Shown piece after piece: positions 1 through 11,356 of a stretch of 64,000 nt of DNA (the stretch's first letter is position 1; the number at the start of each line of letters is the position of its first letter). Under the pieces are notes generated by a model. That model was not told the DNA's origin and ran no database searches. It saw nothing but the letters and a program-made list of their open reading frames with translations. Origin of the DNA: Hellea sp. GTDB taxonomy: Bacteria; Pseudomonadota; Alphaproteobacteria; Caulobacterales; Maricaulaceae. A program made the translations under genes and the position numbers. The DNA lies in the NCBI GenBank assembly GCA_020629135.1, contig JAHDDX010000003.1, positions 19,581 through 83,580 of the forward strand, in the 5' to 3' direction.

Positions 1-628
1 TCAATCACGACGGCCAGGGGATCCAGATCAACGATTAAGCCGCAAGGCTGGCCTGGGCTTAAAAAGTCCCCAATATGGGCGATTTGAGTTTCAAAAATAC
101 CCGAAAAAGGGGCCCGGATATTGATATTATCAATTTCAATTTCCGCCTGTTTGACAGAGGCTCTCGCCCCATCCAACGCCGCAAGCGCCGTCGCGGCTTG
201 GGTTTCAGATCTATACCCCTTTTCAACCAGCGTTTTCGTTGCTTTATACTCTAACTCGCGGGTTCTGAGCATTGCTCGGGCCTGGTCCAGATTGGCCTGT
301 CGCGCGTTTATATCCTGTTTGCAGATCAATTGTCCTTTGGATACCCGCTGGCCTTCGCGCAGGGGCGCCGACACGACAAGTCCGGTTGTTTCTGCCTTGA
401 CCATTACTTCTCGAATAGCTTCGGTTCGTCCGTAAATACTGATTTTTTGCAAATGTTCTTCGGCAGTACGGTGGGCTATGACGACTTCAGGCAAAGCGGT
501 TTCGGCGACCTCTGTTGCTGCCGTGCTTGTAGATTGGGTTGGCTCACTGGAAAGTGAATTCACGCCAAACCAGGCGGCCACGAGTAAAATGGCGACCAAT
601 GCAATAATCTGTGAACGATTGGGTTTCA
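1..628 (-). CDS. Efflux RND transporter periplasmic adaptor subunit (HlyD/MFP family), N-terminal part; C-terminus lies outside the window
   Basis: Own translation of the minus strand from the ATG at 628: MKPNRSQIIALVAILLVAAWF... (N-terminal membrane anchor). It continues with KAETTGLV..GQRVSKGQLI and a coiled-coil stretch, then INIRAPFSGIF, which is typical of membrane fusion proteins. The ORF runs off the window edge, so it is not in the supplied track. Confidence 0.75.
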
Positions 629-767
629 TAATGTTTCCAAGTCGCGATCTACGCGATATTTTTCGTGCAAATAAGGTCGCAAGAGTTGATTTTCAATCCA
701 CATTTCATCATAGCATACCGTCAATTTTGCATAATCCAGACAGAAGTTTCGTCCGTTTAATACCACA

Positions 768-1763
768 ATGTCCTTAATAAGCTCTAGCGACATATCGTAC
801 TCTGACTTCAAACCGCCCTGGCGTTATCGTCCGGCTATGGTGCAAACCATTATGGCCAGCCTAAAGTTTCGCAATCGGGGGCCAAATCCGGTCGAGGATA
901 TTCGGGAAAATCATATTCTGGATTGCGGGGATGGCGTGCGTCTCGCGGGCGCCTTATCGCCGCATGCTGACCCGCAGGCGATGGTGATCTTTCTGCATGG
1001 CTGGGAAGGTAGTGAAAACTCGACCTATGTAAAATGTTGTGCCCGATTTTTATTCCAACACCACTGTTCAGTATTCCGTCTGAATTTAAGGGATCATGGT
1101 GACACCCATCACTTGAACAAAGAGCCGTTTCATTCGGTTAGATTGGACGAAGTCTTTAATGGTGTCAAAGCCGCGGCAAAACTAGCGAATGGCCTGCCGG
1201 TTTATTTGGTTGGGTTTTCGCTCGGTGGGAATTTTGCGCTGCGGATTGTACGTGAAATTGGCGATACCGATAAAAGCTGGCTGCACCATGTTTTTGCCAT
1301 CAGTCCGGTCATTCATCCGCGAAAAGCGTCGCCGCTGGTTGATGAAAATATTTTGATCCAACGCTATTTTATTAAAAAGTTTCGGGCCAGCCTGCAAAAA
1401 AAGACTGAGGCCTTCCCCGAGCTTTATAACTTTGATCATATCCTAAACGAAAAGACGGTCATGGGGATGAGCGAATTGTTCTTAAAGGATCACAGTGGAT
1501 TTGAATCCAAAGAGGCTTATTTTGACGGCTATCGGATATGGCCGGATGATCTAGCGAACATGAACACGCCAACGACGCTGATAATGTCAGAAGATGATCC
1601 GGTCATTCCCGCCGAAGATCTTGAAGAATTAGAGTTAAGTCCTTGTGTCAGACGCATAATGTTGAGATATGGGGGGCATAACGGTTTTTTTCAGTCACTC
1701 ACCGGGCCGACTTGGTATGATGAGTATATTGCCAAAGTGATATTAAGGGATAGGGAAGCCTAA
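768..1763 (+). CDS. Alpha/beta-fold hydrolase (YheT/ABHD-like)
   Basis: 331 aa. HGWEGS oxyanion-type motif, nucleophile elbow GFSLGGN, and C-terminal DDPVIP...GGHNGF typical of the Asp/His region of alpha/beta hydrolases. Confidence 0.7.
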   Translation: MSLISSSDISYSDFKPPWRYRPAMVQTIMASLKFRNRGPNPVEDIRENHILDCGDGVRLAGALSPHADPQAMVIFLHGWEGSENSTYVKCCARFLFQHHCSVFRLNLRDHGDTHHLNKEPFHSVRLDEVFNGVKAAAKLANGLPVYLVGFSLGGNFALRIVREIGDTDKSWLHHVFAISPVIHPRKASPLVDENILIQRYFIKKFRASLQKKTEAFPELYNFDHILNEKTVMGMSELFLKDHSGFESKEAYFDGYRIWPDDLANMNTPTTLIMSEDDPVIPAEDLEELELSPCVRRIMLRYGGHNGFFQSLTGPTWYDEYIAKVILRDREA

Positions 1764-2194
1764 TGCTGGTTTTAAAATATTTAGTCGGGTTTTTATTGTT
1801 TATGTCGGTGACTTTTTTTCTTCTGGGTTTGAAATCACAAAAAGGTAAAGCACCTGGCCTGGTGAAGGGGAAACTAGCCGGGTGTCCGGCTAAGCCGAAC
1901 TGTGTTTCCAGCGAAGAGGGCGTTCAACCAGAAAAACAGGTTAAACCCTTGTCTGGAACGCTAAAGGCAGCAAAGGATGCCGTGATTGCCACTGGCGGGA
2001 CGATAACATCCGAAACTGACGACTATGTTTCGGCGACATATATGTCGAAAATATATAAATTCGTAGATGATCTGGAATTGCGCGAAGCCGGAAACGGAAC
2101 AGTTCACATCAGGTCGGCGTCACGGGTCGGATATTCTGATCGTGGGGTCAACCGGCGTCGCGTGGCCGAAATTCGTGCTGCTATGAAAGGGTAA
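1763..2194 (+). CDS. DUF1499 family membrane-anchored protein
   Basis: 143 aa. N-terminal TM helix, CPAKPNCVSS motif and C-terminal RSASRVGYSDRGVNRRRVAEIR, characteristic of DUF1499. The start overlaps the upstream stop (TAATG). Confidence 0.65.
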   Translation: MLVLKYLVGFLLFMSVTFFLLGLKSQKGKAPGLVKGKLAGCPAKPNCVSSEEGVQPEKQVKPLSGTLKAAKDAVIATGGTITSETDDYVSATYMSKIYKFVDDLELREAGNGTVHIRSASRVGYSDRGVNRRRVAEIRAAMKG

Positions 2195-2200
2195 CCAGTC

Positions 2201-2773
2201 ATGACTGATAAAAAAATAGATCACGCCAAAGTCAAATCTTTGGTTCGAGACTTGCTTGAAGCTTTGGGGGAGGATCCCGATCGGGAAGGCCTTAAGGAAA
2301 CGCCCCGTCGCATAGCTAACTTCTGGAAAGAATTTGTTGAATATGACGCCGGCAAAATTGATACTACATTTTCGGCCGTTAAACACAACCAAATGGTTTG
2401 TGTCACAGGTATGCGCGTGTGGTCCATGTGCGAACACCATATGTTGCCGTTCTGGTGCGATGTTGCGATCGCCTATATCGCCGATGACAAAGTCCTGGGC
2501 TTGTCAAAATTCGCGCGCATCGCGCACAAACACGCTCACAAGCTTACGTTACAGGAACAGCTAGTGGCCGATATCGCCCACGAAGTTCGGGATATTCTTG
2601 GCACAGAAGACGTTGCAGTTCTGGCTAAGGGCGAGCATTTATGCATGACGATGCGAGGAATTCGCACACCCCATCTAATGATTTCAAGTGCATTGAACGG
2701 ACAATTCCACAAGCCCGAGCAAAGACAGGAATTTTTGCAGTTGGTAGAGGCCGCCAAACCTGTCTCTCTATAA
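2201..2773 (+). CDS. folE: GTP cyclohydrolase I (FolE)
   Basis: 190 aa. GLKETPRR, CEHHMLPF and LTLQEQL motifs of type I GTP cyclohydrolase. Confidence 0.92.
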   Translation: MTDKKIDHAKVKSLVRDLLEALGEDPDREGLKETPRRIANFWKEFVEYDAGKIDTTFSAVKHNQMVCVTGMRVWSMCEHHMLPFWCDVAIAYIADDKVLGLSKFARIAHKHAHKLTLQEQLVADIAHEVRDILGTEDVAVLAKGEHLCMTMRGIRTPHLMISSALNGQFHKPEQRQEFLQLVEAAKPVSL

Positions 2774-2881
2774 TTTTACCTAAAACTATATAAAGAATGA
2801 TTGTTTTTTATATAGAACATTGATAAAGGCCGCTCGCATAACTATGTGAGTGCCAGAATAGTCCTGTTTGAGGTTTAAGTC

Positions 2882-3670
2882 ATGTCCACCAATCCTAATG
2901 CGCCAACACGAGAAACGGTTCTGGATGTTGAACATTATACGGATCGCCTGTTTTCATTTTCAATAACCCGTCCGCCGAGCTTTCGGTTTCGGTCTGGGGA
3001 GTTTGTCATGATAGGTTTACATCCGGAAGGAGCGAAAAAACCGATTATGCGCGCCTATTCTATTGCCAGCCCGGCATGGGATGACAAGCTGGAATTTTAT
3101 TCAATTAAAGTTCCGGATGGACCTTTGACCTCTCATCTTCAGAAAATTCGACCCGGTGATCAAGTCATTTTGGCGAAGAAGTCTGTAGGAACTTTGGTGC
3201 TGGATGCTTTGCTGCCTGGCAAACGCCTTTACATGTTTTCCACGGGTACGGGGATTGCGCCTTTTGCGAGCCTAATTCGTGATCCTGAGACCTATGAACG
3301 ATACGAAAAAATTATTCTCACCCATACCTGCCGCCAGCGCGCGGAATTGTCTTACGGTTTAAACCTGAGCAATAGTCTGAAGGATGATCCATTGGTGGGA
3401 GAGATGATCGGCGATAGGTTACTGCATGTGACCAGCCTGACGCGAGAGGACTATCCGCTCAAAGGTCGGATTACGACATTGATTGAATCCGGCGATTTGT
3501 TCAAAAACAGTGGCACGCCGAAACTCAATCCCGAAGAAGACCGGGTAATGATTTGCGGATCTATGGATATGATCAATGATACCAAAGCTATCGTTGAAAC
3601 ATTCGGGCTGACCGAAGGCTCAAATTCCGCCCCAGCAGAGTTTGTGGTTGAAAAGGCCTTTGTCGGCTAG
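2882..3670 (+). CDS. fpr: Ferredoxin--NADP(+) reductase (bacterial subclass I)
   Basis: 262 aa. RAYSIAS FAD-binding motif, MFSTGTGIAPF NADP-binding motif, C-terminal FVVEKAFVG. Confidence 0.85.
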   Translation: MSTNPNAPTRETVLDVEHYTDRLFSFSITRPPSFRFRSGEFVMIGLHPEGAKKPIMRAYSIASPAWDDKLEFYSIKVPDGPLTSHLQKIRPGDQVILAKKSVGTLVLDALLPGKRLYMFSTGTGIAPFASLIRDPETYERYEKIILTHTCRQRAELSYGLNLSNSLKDDPLVGEMIGDRLLHVTSLTREDYPLKGRITTLIESGDLFKNSGTPKLNPEEDRVMICGSMDMINDTKAIVETFGLTEGSNSAPAEFVVEKAFVG

Positions 3671-3671
3671 A

Positions 3672-6005
3672 TTAATCGGTGCGGGTTTCGCCAAGGGTCA
3701 GCAGAGATATTCTAAACCCAATACCTTCTGAATCCCGAATTACATCGCCATTGAAATTGCGTTTGTTATAGAACACATCAATCCGGGTGCAGTCATCGAA
3801 ATAGGAGAGCCCAAGTTGCTGACGGCGCGTCAGGCTGTTGTCTATATCGTGGGATATCGAATAATTGGCGCTCCAGTTTTTTGTGATTTTCAAGCCAATC
3901 CGGCCTGAAATCTCTTCAGACGGAGATGACGGATCATCCAGAAGTCCTCGTATGGAGTTGTCGATTTTATAATATCGGACATTTCCGTTAAATCGCCCCT
4001 GATTAAAGGTTGCCGACGTATCGATTCGTGTAAATTTATCTATTTGATCATTATAACGCGTGCGGGCGTTCAATCGAAGTTTGCTGCCAAGTTCAAAGTT
4101 GAGTTGACCTACATAGTCTGAATTATCGCTGTCCAGTCCTGAGGTTAAAGCAAATTCGTCATCAATATCCGATCCAAAAGATCGACCGACAAACAGGCTG
4201 GCGCGATTATTGCCCCAAAGCGCCGTCGCCGAACCTCCAACATCTGCCCGAAAGCCTTTTTGCCAAAAGTCATAGCCGTAACTTTTATTGGACGACCAAA
4301 GTAAGCCTTGGTCGAGATCTTGCCCAATTCCGTCTTGGCGCACGTCAATTGTTGCGCCCTGATTGTTCACGACAGAAAAATTACTTATTTTGCCATCGCC
4401 AAAGCTTTGAGTGATTTGTGCGCGGGGTTCTAAAATGAAATCAACTTCGCCTGGGCGAATAAATGGCCAGCGAATATCCGCGCCGACCTGTCCAGCCGTC
4501 CTGTTGAAATCGACACCGTCAGAATCTTCCGGACGGATATTAAAATAATCATGTCGGCCCATGGCAAAAGCGCTGGCTTCAATGCCAAGCGGAAGGATTT
4601 CTGTTTTATTCCAATCCAGACCCGCCGTCGCTCGAGCGTAATTTGTGCCTTCTTTTCGGGTCAATGAGGTAATATCTGCAAATGTTTGCAGGCGTCCATT
4701 CAGAAGTGGGTCTTTGAAAAATTTATCGATCTCAATTTTTGGCGCAATAATTGGTAAGGTGCTGTCATCTTCCCTGGAGATCGTAAATCTATTGGGATCA
4801 CCGGCAACTTCTCGGACTTGGGTGCGAAGGCTCTGATAGCCATAGGAGCTAACGGAAACTCTAAAATCATCATCTTGGCCGACCGCAAAAATTTGGGATG
4901 TCAAACGTCCATTATCATAGAGGCGAAGTGAGCGTGGGCGATCCAGGTCATATCGGTCAAGATATAGGTCGTCAGACGCGCCTTGTATGTCAAAGCCCCA
5001 ATCCCAATCATCGGAAATTTTGAACTTACCGGATGCAAAAGTATGTGATCTCAACCGTTTTCCAAGAGGCGCGTGGTCAGGTTGGGAAAAAATGTCTGTC
5101 GCGGAAAACGGATTTCCGTCCCGATCGAATATGCTGGCATAGGTAAAGCTGCCATCAATTGTTATCTCGCCCGAATAAAATTTTCGCGTAAACTGATACT
5201 CCATCAACGGGTTCACATTTGTATATGCGCGCGGCGTTAATGTGAGTTCGGTATAATCGTCAATAACCACATAATAGGGTAAGCCGACATTAAAACCTTT
5301 GCTGCTGGATACTCCGATATAAGGGCTGAGCCAGCCACTTGTCCGTCCCGCGGTTGGGTCGGGGTGAGCGAGATAGGGCGTATATAAAATCGGAATACCT
5401 AAAAACTGAAATACGGCATCCTTATAAAGGACCATATTTCGGTCTTTATCCTGGCTCACCTGTCGGGCTTTGATCTTCCAGGTTGGCTTGTCTTTTTCGT
5501 TACAAGGAATACAGGCCGTATAATAAGCGTTATAAAGATCAACGCCTTCATCCGTTCGGCGGGTCGCAAATTTCGCGCCTGTTATGCCGCCCCCGGCAAA
5601 TCGTGACGTAAAGTTGGAGGCCGTCCCGGCTTCCAATTCGTTGGAAAGCTCGAGGATGTCCGCATATTGAGAAGATCCGCTGGCATCGATTAGAACCACA
5701 TTACCGGTTGCAACGACCCGGCCGGTTTCAAGATTGTAAACAACACGGTCTGCCCGAAGGGTTTTATCTTCATAGCGACCTTCGACTTCGCCAATTGCCG
5801 TTAAAACCTTATTGGTTTCATCATTTATCAACTCATCCGCTTCGAGATAAATAATATCGGGATCGTGAAACGGACTATCGCTGGCAAGTTTCAGATTTTT
5901 TGCGTCCTGCGCCATTGCCGGCACGGTCAAGCCGATGAGGGCGGTTGAGGCGAATAAAACGCTCAACGATTTCATCGGGCTAGGTAATGGCATGGAAACA
6001 TCCAT
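3672..6005 (-). CDS. lptD: LPS assembly outer-membrane protein LptD (OstA)
   Basis: 777 aa, beta-rich, with an OstA-like N-terminal domain (RADRVVYNLETGRVVATGNVVL). The signal peptide MKSLSVLFASTALIGLTVPAMAQD suggests the real start may be the ATG at 5975. Confidence 0.85.
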   Translation of the reverse strand: MDVSMPLPSPMKSLSVLFASTALIGLTVPAMAQDAKNLKLASDSPFHDPDIIYLEADELINDETNKVLTAIGEVEGRYEDKTLRADRVVYNLETGRVVATGNVVLIDASGSSQYADILELSNELEAGTASNFTSRFAGGGITGAKFATRRTDEGVDLYNAYYTACIPCNEKDKPTWKIKARQVSQDKDRNMVLYKDAVFQFLGIPILYTPYLAHPDPTAGRTSGWLSPYIGVSSSKGFNVGLPYYVVIDDYTELTLTPRAYTNVNPLMEYQFTRKFYSGEITIDGSFTYASIFDRDGNPFSATDIFSQPDHAPLGKRLRSHTFASGKFKISDDWDWGFDIQGASDDLYLDRYDLDRPRSLRLYDNGRLTSQIFAVGQDDDFRVSVSSYGYQSLRTQVREVAGDPNRFTISREDDSTLPIIAPKIEIDKFFKDPLLNGRLQTFADITSLTRKEGTNYARATAGLDWNKTEILPLGIEASAFAMGRHDYFNIRPEDSDGVDFNRTAGQVGADIRWPFIRPGEVDFILEPRAQITQSFGDGKISNFSVVNNQGATIDVRQDGIGQDLDQGLLWSSNKSYGYDFWQKGFRADVGGSATALWGNNRASLFVGRSFGSDIDDEFALTSGLDSDNSDYVGQLNFELGSKLRLNARTRYNDQIDKFTRIDTSATFNQGRFNGNVRYYKIDNSIRGLLDDPSSPSEEISGRIGLKITKNWSANYSISHDIDNSLTRRQQLGLSYFDDCTRIDVFYNKRNFNGDVIRDSEGIGFRISLLTLGETRTD

Positions 6006-6113
6006 AAGAGATTAGAGATAACGGTTTCAATAGCTAATGCACTTGGATACGTCTATGGATTAGGTGCGAAAAACCCCGCAATTTCATGAATATTCAGATA
6101 GGAATAGCTATTA

Positions 6114-6578
6114 TTAGATGGTTTTGGCTGGGTAGCCGTTCCATCGCTTAATCGTTTTCATGACCAGAGATGATTTTATCCGACTCACATGAGGCAGGGC
6201 GGCGATTACCCTTCGGTAAATTCGCTCATAGTCACGCGTGTTGGGGGCGGCGACTTTAATCAGGTAATCCGAATCGCCGGTCATGAGGTGACATTCCAGC
6301 ACTTCGGGTCTGGCTAAGGCTGCTTTTTCAAACTTGGATAAAATTTCGTCTGACTGCTCTTCCAGGGAGACTTCAACATAAAAGGTCATCAGAAACCCCA
6401 GGGCTTCCCCATTTAAACGGGCCGCATAACGCTCGATAAAGCCTTTGTCCTCCAGAATTCCAATACGCCGGTGACATGCGGATGTGGACAGATTGACCTT
6501 ACCGGCAATCTCGGAAACAGATTGGCGGCAATCTAATTGCAGTTCGTCAAGTATTTTTCGGTCTTTATCGTCAATCAT
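6114..6578 (-). CDS. Lrp/AsnC family transcriptional regulator (AldR-like, divergent from ald)
   Basis: 154 aa. N-terminal HTH (DRKILDELQLDCRQSVSEIAGKVNLSTSACHRRI) plus a C-terminal RAM/AsnC domain. Divergently arranged with alanine dehydrogenase. Confidence 0.9.
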   Translation of the reverse strand: MIDDKDRKILDELQLDCRQSVSEIAGKVNLSTSACHRRIGILEDKGFIERYAARLNGEALGFLMTFYVEVSLEEQSDEILSKFEKAALARPEVLECHLMTGDSDYLIKVAAPNTRDYERIYRRVIAALPHVSRIKSSLVMKTIKRWNGYPAKTI

Positions 6579-6707
6579 GGTATAGCATTCGAATAAATTA
6601 TAATTTAGCGAGAAAATTTACAAAAAAATATCGTTTTAGCAAGAGATTATCGAATTAATTTTTTTGATTTTTATTTTACAAAACCCGAAACACATTTGGA
6701 GGAAATC

Positions 6708-7820
6708 ATGTTGATCGGTGTGCCAAAGGAAATCAAGAACCACGAATATCGCGTTGGGTTGACGCCTGAAAGCGTTGCTGAGCTAATCCATGCAGGTCAT
6801 TCTGTTATTGTTGAGGCTTCGGCAGGTGCCGGCATTGGGGCCTCTGACGCATCTTACGAAACTGCAGGGGCGACGATCCGGTCAACAGCAGCCGAAATTT
6901 TCGCTGAGGCCGAAATGATCGTCAAAGTGAAAGAGCCGCAGGCGGTTGAACGGGCAATGCTTCGCGAAGGTCAGATACTTTACACATATCTACATTTGGC
7001 CCCGGATCCGGAACAAACCAAAGATCTTATTCGGTCTGGTGCCGTCTGCATCGCTTATGAGACAGTGACAGACGATAACGGCGATCTGCCATTATTAAAG
7101 CCGATGAGCCAAGTCGCCGGACGTCTTTCCATTCAAGTCGGCGCGGCTGCGCTTCAAAAAAACAGTGGCGGACGTGGGGTTCTACTCGGCGGCGTTCCAG
7201 GTGTTGCGCCAGCCAAGGTCGTGATCATTGGGGGTGGCGACGTCGGTTTCAATGCGGCCCAGATGGCCGTAGGTCTTCAGGCTGACGTGACTATTCTGGA
7301 GCGTTCCAATGTCGTGATGGAGAGATTGTCCGCCTATTTTGGAGCCTCAGCCAAGGTCGTGCGATCGACGCCTTCAGTATTGGCGGATCTGGTCAAAGAG
7401 GCAGATATGATCGTCGGGGCTGTCCTTATTCCTGGGGCTGCAGCACCAAAACTGATTACGCGAGAAATGTTGCCGGATATGCTTGACGGCAGTGTGCTGG
7501 TTGACGTCGCGATTGATCAAGGCGGATGTTTTGAGACCTCCAAGGCAACCACCCATGCCGATCCGACCTATATCATCGACGGGGTCGTTCATTATTGCGT
7601 CGCGAATATGCCGGGCGCCGTGGCCCGCACCTCGACCTATGCCTTGAATGCGGCGACTTTAGGCCATGCCAAAAACATAGCGTCCAAAGGTTGGAAAAAA
7701 GCGCTGTCTGATGATCCCCACCTTCTGAATGGTCTGAATGTTTGTGAAGGCAAATTGACCTATGCCGCGGTTGGAGAAGCCTTAAATATCGACACGGTTG
7801 ATCCGACGACCTGCCTGTAA
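6708..7820 (+). CDS. ald: Alanine dehydrogenase
   Basis: [21 protein letters not shown]-terminus and [13 protein letters not shown] Rossmann motif. GGAGGA RBS 5 nt upstream of the ATG at 6708. The track ORF begins at an upstream TTG at 6696. Confidence 0.93.
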   Translation: MLIGVPKEIKNHEYRVGLTPESVAELIHAGHSVIVEASAGAGIGASDASYETAGATIRSTAAEIFAEAEMIVKVKEPQAVERAMLREGQILYTYLHLAPDPEQTKDLIRSGAVCIAYETVTDDNGDLPLLKPMSQVAGRLSIQVGAAALQKNSGGRGVLLGGVPGVAPAKVVIIGGGDVGFNAAQMAVGLQADVTILERSNVVMERLSAYFGASAKVVRSTPSVLADLVKEADMIVGAVLIPGAAAPKLITREMLPDMLDGSVLVDVAIDQGGCFETSKATTHADPTYIIDGVVHYCVANMPGAVARTSTYALNAATLGHAKNIASKGWKKALSDDPHLLNGLNVCEGKLTYAAVGEALNIDTVDPTTCL

Positions 7821-7836
7821 AATTGCTAATCAATCA

Positions 7837-7869
7837 TTGTCGCCGCAAATTTTTGAGATGCGGCGACAA
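7837..7869 (+). terminator. Hairpin downstream of ald (possible terminator)
   Basis: TTGTCGCCGC (7837-7846) pairs with GCGGCGACAA (7860-7869) around a 13-nt loop. The downstream T-tract is weak. Confidence 0.4.
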
Positions 7870-7920
7870 AATGCTTGTTCTTAGACCTCTATCGGTATAG
7901 CTAGCCCATTCAATTTCGTC

Positions 7921-8007
7921 GCGGGCGTGGTGGAATTGGTAGACACGCAAGACTTAAAATCTTGTTTCCGAATGGAAGTGCCGGTTCAAGTCCGGCCGCC
8001 CGCACCA
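7921..8007 (+). tRNA. tRNA-Leu (anticodon UAA), class II with long variable arm, CCA encoded
   Basis: Acceptor stem GCGGGCG/CGCCCGC, anticodon stem CAAGA/TCTTG with loop CTTAAAA (TAA), T-arm CCGGTTCAAGTCCGG, long variable arm, 3' ACCA. Confidence 0.9.
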
Positions 8008-8009
8008 CT

Positions 8010-9677
8010 TCATAAAATTCCCGGCAGGTTGAGCGCATGTGCTTTGGCGCAGGCTCTGGCTATGTCATATCCGGCGTCGGCATGACGCATCACACCTGTG
8101 GCCGGATCGTTCCACAAAACCCGTTCAAGTCGTCTGGCGGCATCGTCTGTGCCGTCCGCGCAAATCACCATGCCGGAGTGTTGCGAATACCCCATTCCAA
8201 CGCCGCCGCCATGATGCAGCGATACCCAGGTCGCCCCGGATGCCGTATTGAGCAGCGCATTTAATAAGGGCCAGTCCGAGACCGCGTCAGACCCGTCTTT
8301 CATAGCTTCGGTTTCTCGGTTGGGGGAAGCCACCGATCCGCTGTCCAGGTGGTCACGTCCGATGACAACAGGCGCAGAAAGCTCGCCAGAGCGAACCATC
8401 TCATTAAAGGCAAGGCCAAGCTTGTGCCGCAGGCCCAGGCCGACCCAGCAAATTCGTGCCGGCAGGCCTTGAAAGGCGATGCGGTCGCGGGCCATATCCA
8501 GCCAGTTATGCAGGTGAGGGTCGTTTGGAATGATTTCTTTCACCTTGGCGTCGGTTTTGTAAATATCCTCGGGATCTCCGGACAAAGCGGCCCATCGAAA
8601 CGGTCCGATGCCTTTGCAAAATAAGGGGCGGATATAGGCGGGGACGAATCCCGGGAATGAAAACGCGTCTCTAAATCCGGCGTCATAAGCGACCTGGCGG
8701 ATATTATTGCCGTAATCAAAGGTCGGAACGCCAGCCTCGGCGAATTTGACCATGGCTTCGACGTGAATGCGCATGGATTTTCGGGCTTCCTCTTCGACCC
8801 ATTTCGGATCCAGGTCCCGGCGTTCCATCCATTGGGTCACATTCCAACCTATAGGCAAATAACCATTGACCGGATCATGGGCACTGGTTTGATCGGTCAC
8901 CATATCCGGGCGCACGCCACGTTCAAACAGATCCGGAAGAATTTCAGCGGCATTGCCAATCAAGGCGACTGATTTGGCTTCACCTGCTGTGGTCCATTTT
9001 TCAATCATGGCCAGAGCTTCATCAATGGAGTGGGTTTTTTCGTCCACATAGCGTGTGCGCAAGCGGAAATCCGCCCGGCTTTCATCGCATTCAATGGCCA
9101 GGCATGAGGCCCCGGCCATGACGGCAGCGAGGGGTTGCGCGCCGCCCATACCGCCAAGTCCGGCGGTCAGGACCCAGCGCCCGGTGAGGTCGCCGTCATA
9201 ATGTTGACGGCCCGCTTCGACAAAGGTTTCATAAGTTCCCTGAACAATGCCCTGGGTCCCGATATAAATCCACGACCCGGCGGTCATCTGGCCATACATC
9301 ATCAGGCCCTTTTTATCGAGTTCATTAAAGTGATCCCAATTGGCCCAGTTCGGGACCAGGTTTGAATTGGCAATCAAGACACGCGGGGCGTCTGAATGGG
9401 TTTTAAAAACGCCGACGGGCTTGCCGGATTGAACCAGTAAGGTCTCATCCGTTTCCAGCTCTTTGAGGCTTTTCAAAATGTTATCATAGGCCTCCCAATC
9501 TCGCGCCGCGCGTCCTATCCCGCCGTAAACCACGAGTTCATGCGGGCTTTCGGCGACATCTGGATGCAGATTGTTCATCAACATGCGCATGGGGGCTTCG
9601 GTGACCCAGCTCTTGCAATTCAGTTCCGGCCCTGTTGGTGGATAGACATTGCGGATGTTTTTGCGATTATCGGTCAT
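8010..9677 (-). CDS. hutU: Urocanate hydratase
   Basis: 555 aa. [13 protein letters not shown]-binding motif with full-length similarity to urocanase. Its start abuts the hutH stop. Confidence 0.95.
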   Translation of the reverse strand: MTDNRKNIRNVYPPTGPELNCKSWVTEAPMRMLMNNLHPDVAESPHELVVYGGIGRAARDWEAYDNILKSLKELETDETLLVQSGKPVGVFKTHSDAPRVLIANSNLVPNWANWDHFNELDKKGLMMYGQMTAGSWIYIGTQGIVQGTYETFVEAGRQHYDGDLTGRWVLTAGLGGMGGAQPLAAVMAGASCLAIECDESRADFRLRTRYVDEKTHSIDEALAMIEKWTTAGEAKSVALIGNAAEILPDLFERGVRPDMVTDQTSAHDPVNGYLPIGWNVTQWMERRDLDPKWVEEEARKSMRIHVEAMVKFAEAGVPTFDYGNNIRQVAYDAGFRDAFSFPGFVPAYIRPLFCKGIGPFRWAALSGDPEDIYKTDAKVKEIIPNDPHLHNWLDMARDRIAFQGLPARICWVGLGLRHKLGLAFNEMVRSGELSAPVVIGRDHLDSGSVASPNRETEAMKDGSDAVSDWPLLNALLNTASGATWVSLHHGGGVGMGYSQHSGMVICADGTDDAARRLERVLWNDPATGVMRHADAGYDIARACAKAHALNLPGIL

Positions 9678-11207
9678 TTAAGTCTCCAATTGCGGAAATG
9701 GAATATCGGTTGCTTTTAACAGCGTGTCGCCGCGGGCCAGAATTCCGGCCTGTGTTAAATCATCGGCGATGTAGCGATCCTTGTCGACGGGAGCGACTGA
9801 TTTATAAAATAATTGGCAAACATTTTTCAAAGCCGGGCTGGTTTCAATCGGGGCCCGAAAACGAACGCCCTCTGCGCCGCAAAAAAGTTCAATTCCCAAA
9901 ATGTGAAACAGATTGTCATTCATTCGGGATAGACGTCTGGCACCATGGGCGGCCATGGAGACATGGTCTTCTTGATTGGCGCTGGTAGGTGTGCTGTCAG
10001 TGGAACATGGATTGGCGAGATGCTTGTTCTCGCTCATCAGGGCGGCGCTGGTGACCTCTGCGATCATCATGCCGGAGTTCAGGCCGGGATCAGCTGCCAG
10101 GAAGGGCGGCAGGTCAAAAGATAAGGTCGGATCGACTAATAAGGCAATACGTCGTTGAGCAATGGCGCCGACCTCAGCAATGGCCAGTGCAATCATATCA
10201 GCCGCAAAAGCCACCGGTTCGGCGTGAAAATTACCGCCGGAAATGATTTGGCCGTCAAACATGACCAATGGATTGTCAGTGGCCGCATTGGCTTCGATTT
10301 CAAGGGTTTTGGCCGCTTGCCTGAGCAGCCCCATCGCTGCGCCAACGACTTGCGGTTGACATCGCATACAATACGGATCCTGGACACGGGGGTCGTCTTC
10401 GCGGTGGCTGTCGCGAATTTCTGATCCGTCCAGCAAAGCCCGCAGGGTTGAGGCCGCTTCAATCTGGCCCAAATGGCCGCGCAGGCTGTGAATGCCTGAA
10501 TGAAGTGGCGCGGTTGAGGCCATAGCCGCGTCGATCGACAGGGCTGATGAAAGCAATGAAATTTGAGCTGCACGCCAGGCTTCGAATAGGCCTGCCAAGG
10601 CCTGAGCCGTCGAAAACTGCGTGCCGTTGATCAGAGCGAGCCCTTCTTTGGGGCCGAGCACAATTTGTTCAATGCCGGCGGCCTTAAGGGCGCTGGCGCC
10701 GGCCATAATCTCACCATTAAACTCGGCCTGACCTTCTCCGATCATCACGGCTGCCATATGGGCGAGGGGGGCAAGGTCGCCGGACGCCCCCACAGAGCCC
10801 TGAGACGGTACGATCGGGGTGACATTATTAGATAACATGGCCTCAATCTGGTCGATGATCTCTAATCTGACCCCGGATGCCCCGCGCCCGAGCGAGATTA
10901 GCTTTAGAACCATCATTAATCGGGTTATGGATTTTGGGGTTGGCTCACCAACACCCGCACAATGAGACAGGATTAAATTACGTTGCAGCGTCGCTGTATC
11001 TTTGGGGGGAATGCGTATTGAAGCCAGTTTGCCAAATCCGGTGTTTACCCCGTAGACAGCCTCATCGCCTTGAGCGGCCGCTTGAATTAGCTTAGCTGAC
11101 GCGGCGATTTGATCTCGAGCCTTTTGATCCAGGCAAACGCTTAATCCTTCTCGCCAAATGGTTTCAAAGGTCGATAAATGGACAGCGCCTGGAGAAAGCT
11201 CGAGCAT
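9678..11207 (-). CDS. hutH: Histidine ammonia-lyase
   Basis: MIO-forming [13 protein letters not shown] motif. Homology begins at MLELSPGAV (ATG 11207). The track ORF extends to a TTG at 11273, which adds a hydrophobic 22-aa N-terminus. Confidence 0.92.
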   Translation of the reverse strand: MLELSPGAVHLSTFETIWREGLSVCLDQKARDQIAASAKLIQAAAQGDEAVYGVNTGFGKLASIRIPPKDTATLQRNLILSHCAGVGEPTPKSITRLMMVLKLISLGRGASGVRLEIIDQIEAMLSNNVTPIVPSQGSVGASGDLAPLAHMAAVMIGEGQAEFNGEIMAGASALKAAGIEQIVLGPKEGLALINGTQFSTAQALAGLFEAWRAAQISLLSSALSIDAAMASTAPLHSGIHSLRGHLGQIEAASTLRALLDGSEIRDSHREDDPRVQDPYCMRCQPQVVGAAMGLLRQAAKTLEIEANAATDNPLVMFDGQIISGGNFHAEPVAFAADMIALAIAEVGAIAQRRIALLVDPTLSFDLPPFLAADPGLNSGMMIAEVTSAALMSENKHLANPCSTDSTPTSANQEDHVSMAAHGARRLSRMNDNLFHILGIELFCGAEGVRFRAPIETSPALKNVCQLFYKSVAPVDKDRYIADDLTQAGILARGDTLLKATDIPFPQLET

Positions 11208-11356
11208 GATGGGGCCATATATTGTTGCGAGTATTAGAACTGTGAGCGCAATAATACAGAGCCTGAGGCGCAATTACCTTGTTAATGTCGTGGAGAAGCG
11301 AGAATTATAGCAATAATACGCTAATTTATTGGGTTGATAGCGAATTAAATTGCAAA

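Noticed and set aside
2786-2815. An AT-rich inverted repeat CTATATAAA-N12-TTTATATAG between folE and fpr.
   Set aside because: It is almost pure A/T and has no flanking T-tract. It is too weak to call as a terminator and has no second copy to support an operator. I noted it only.
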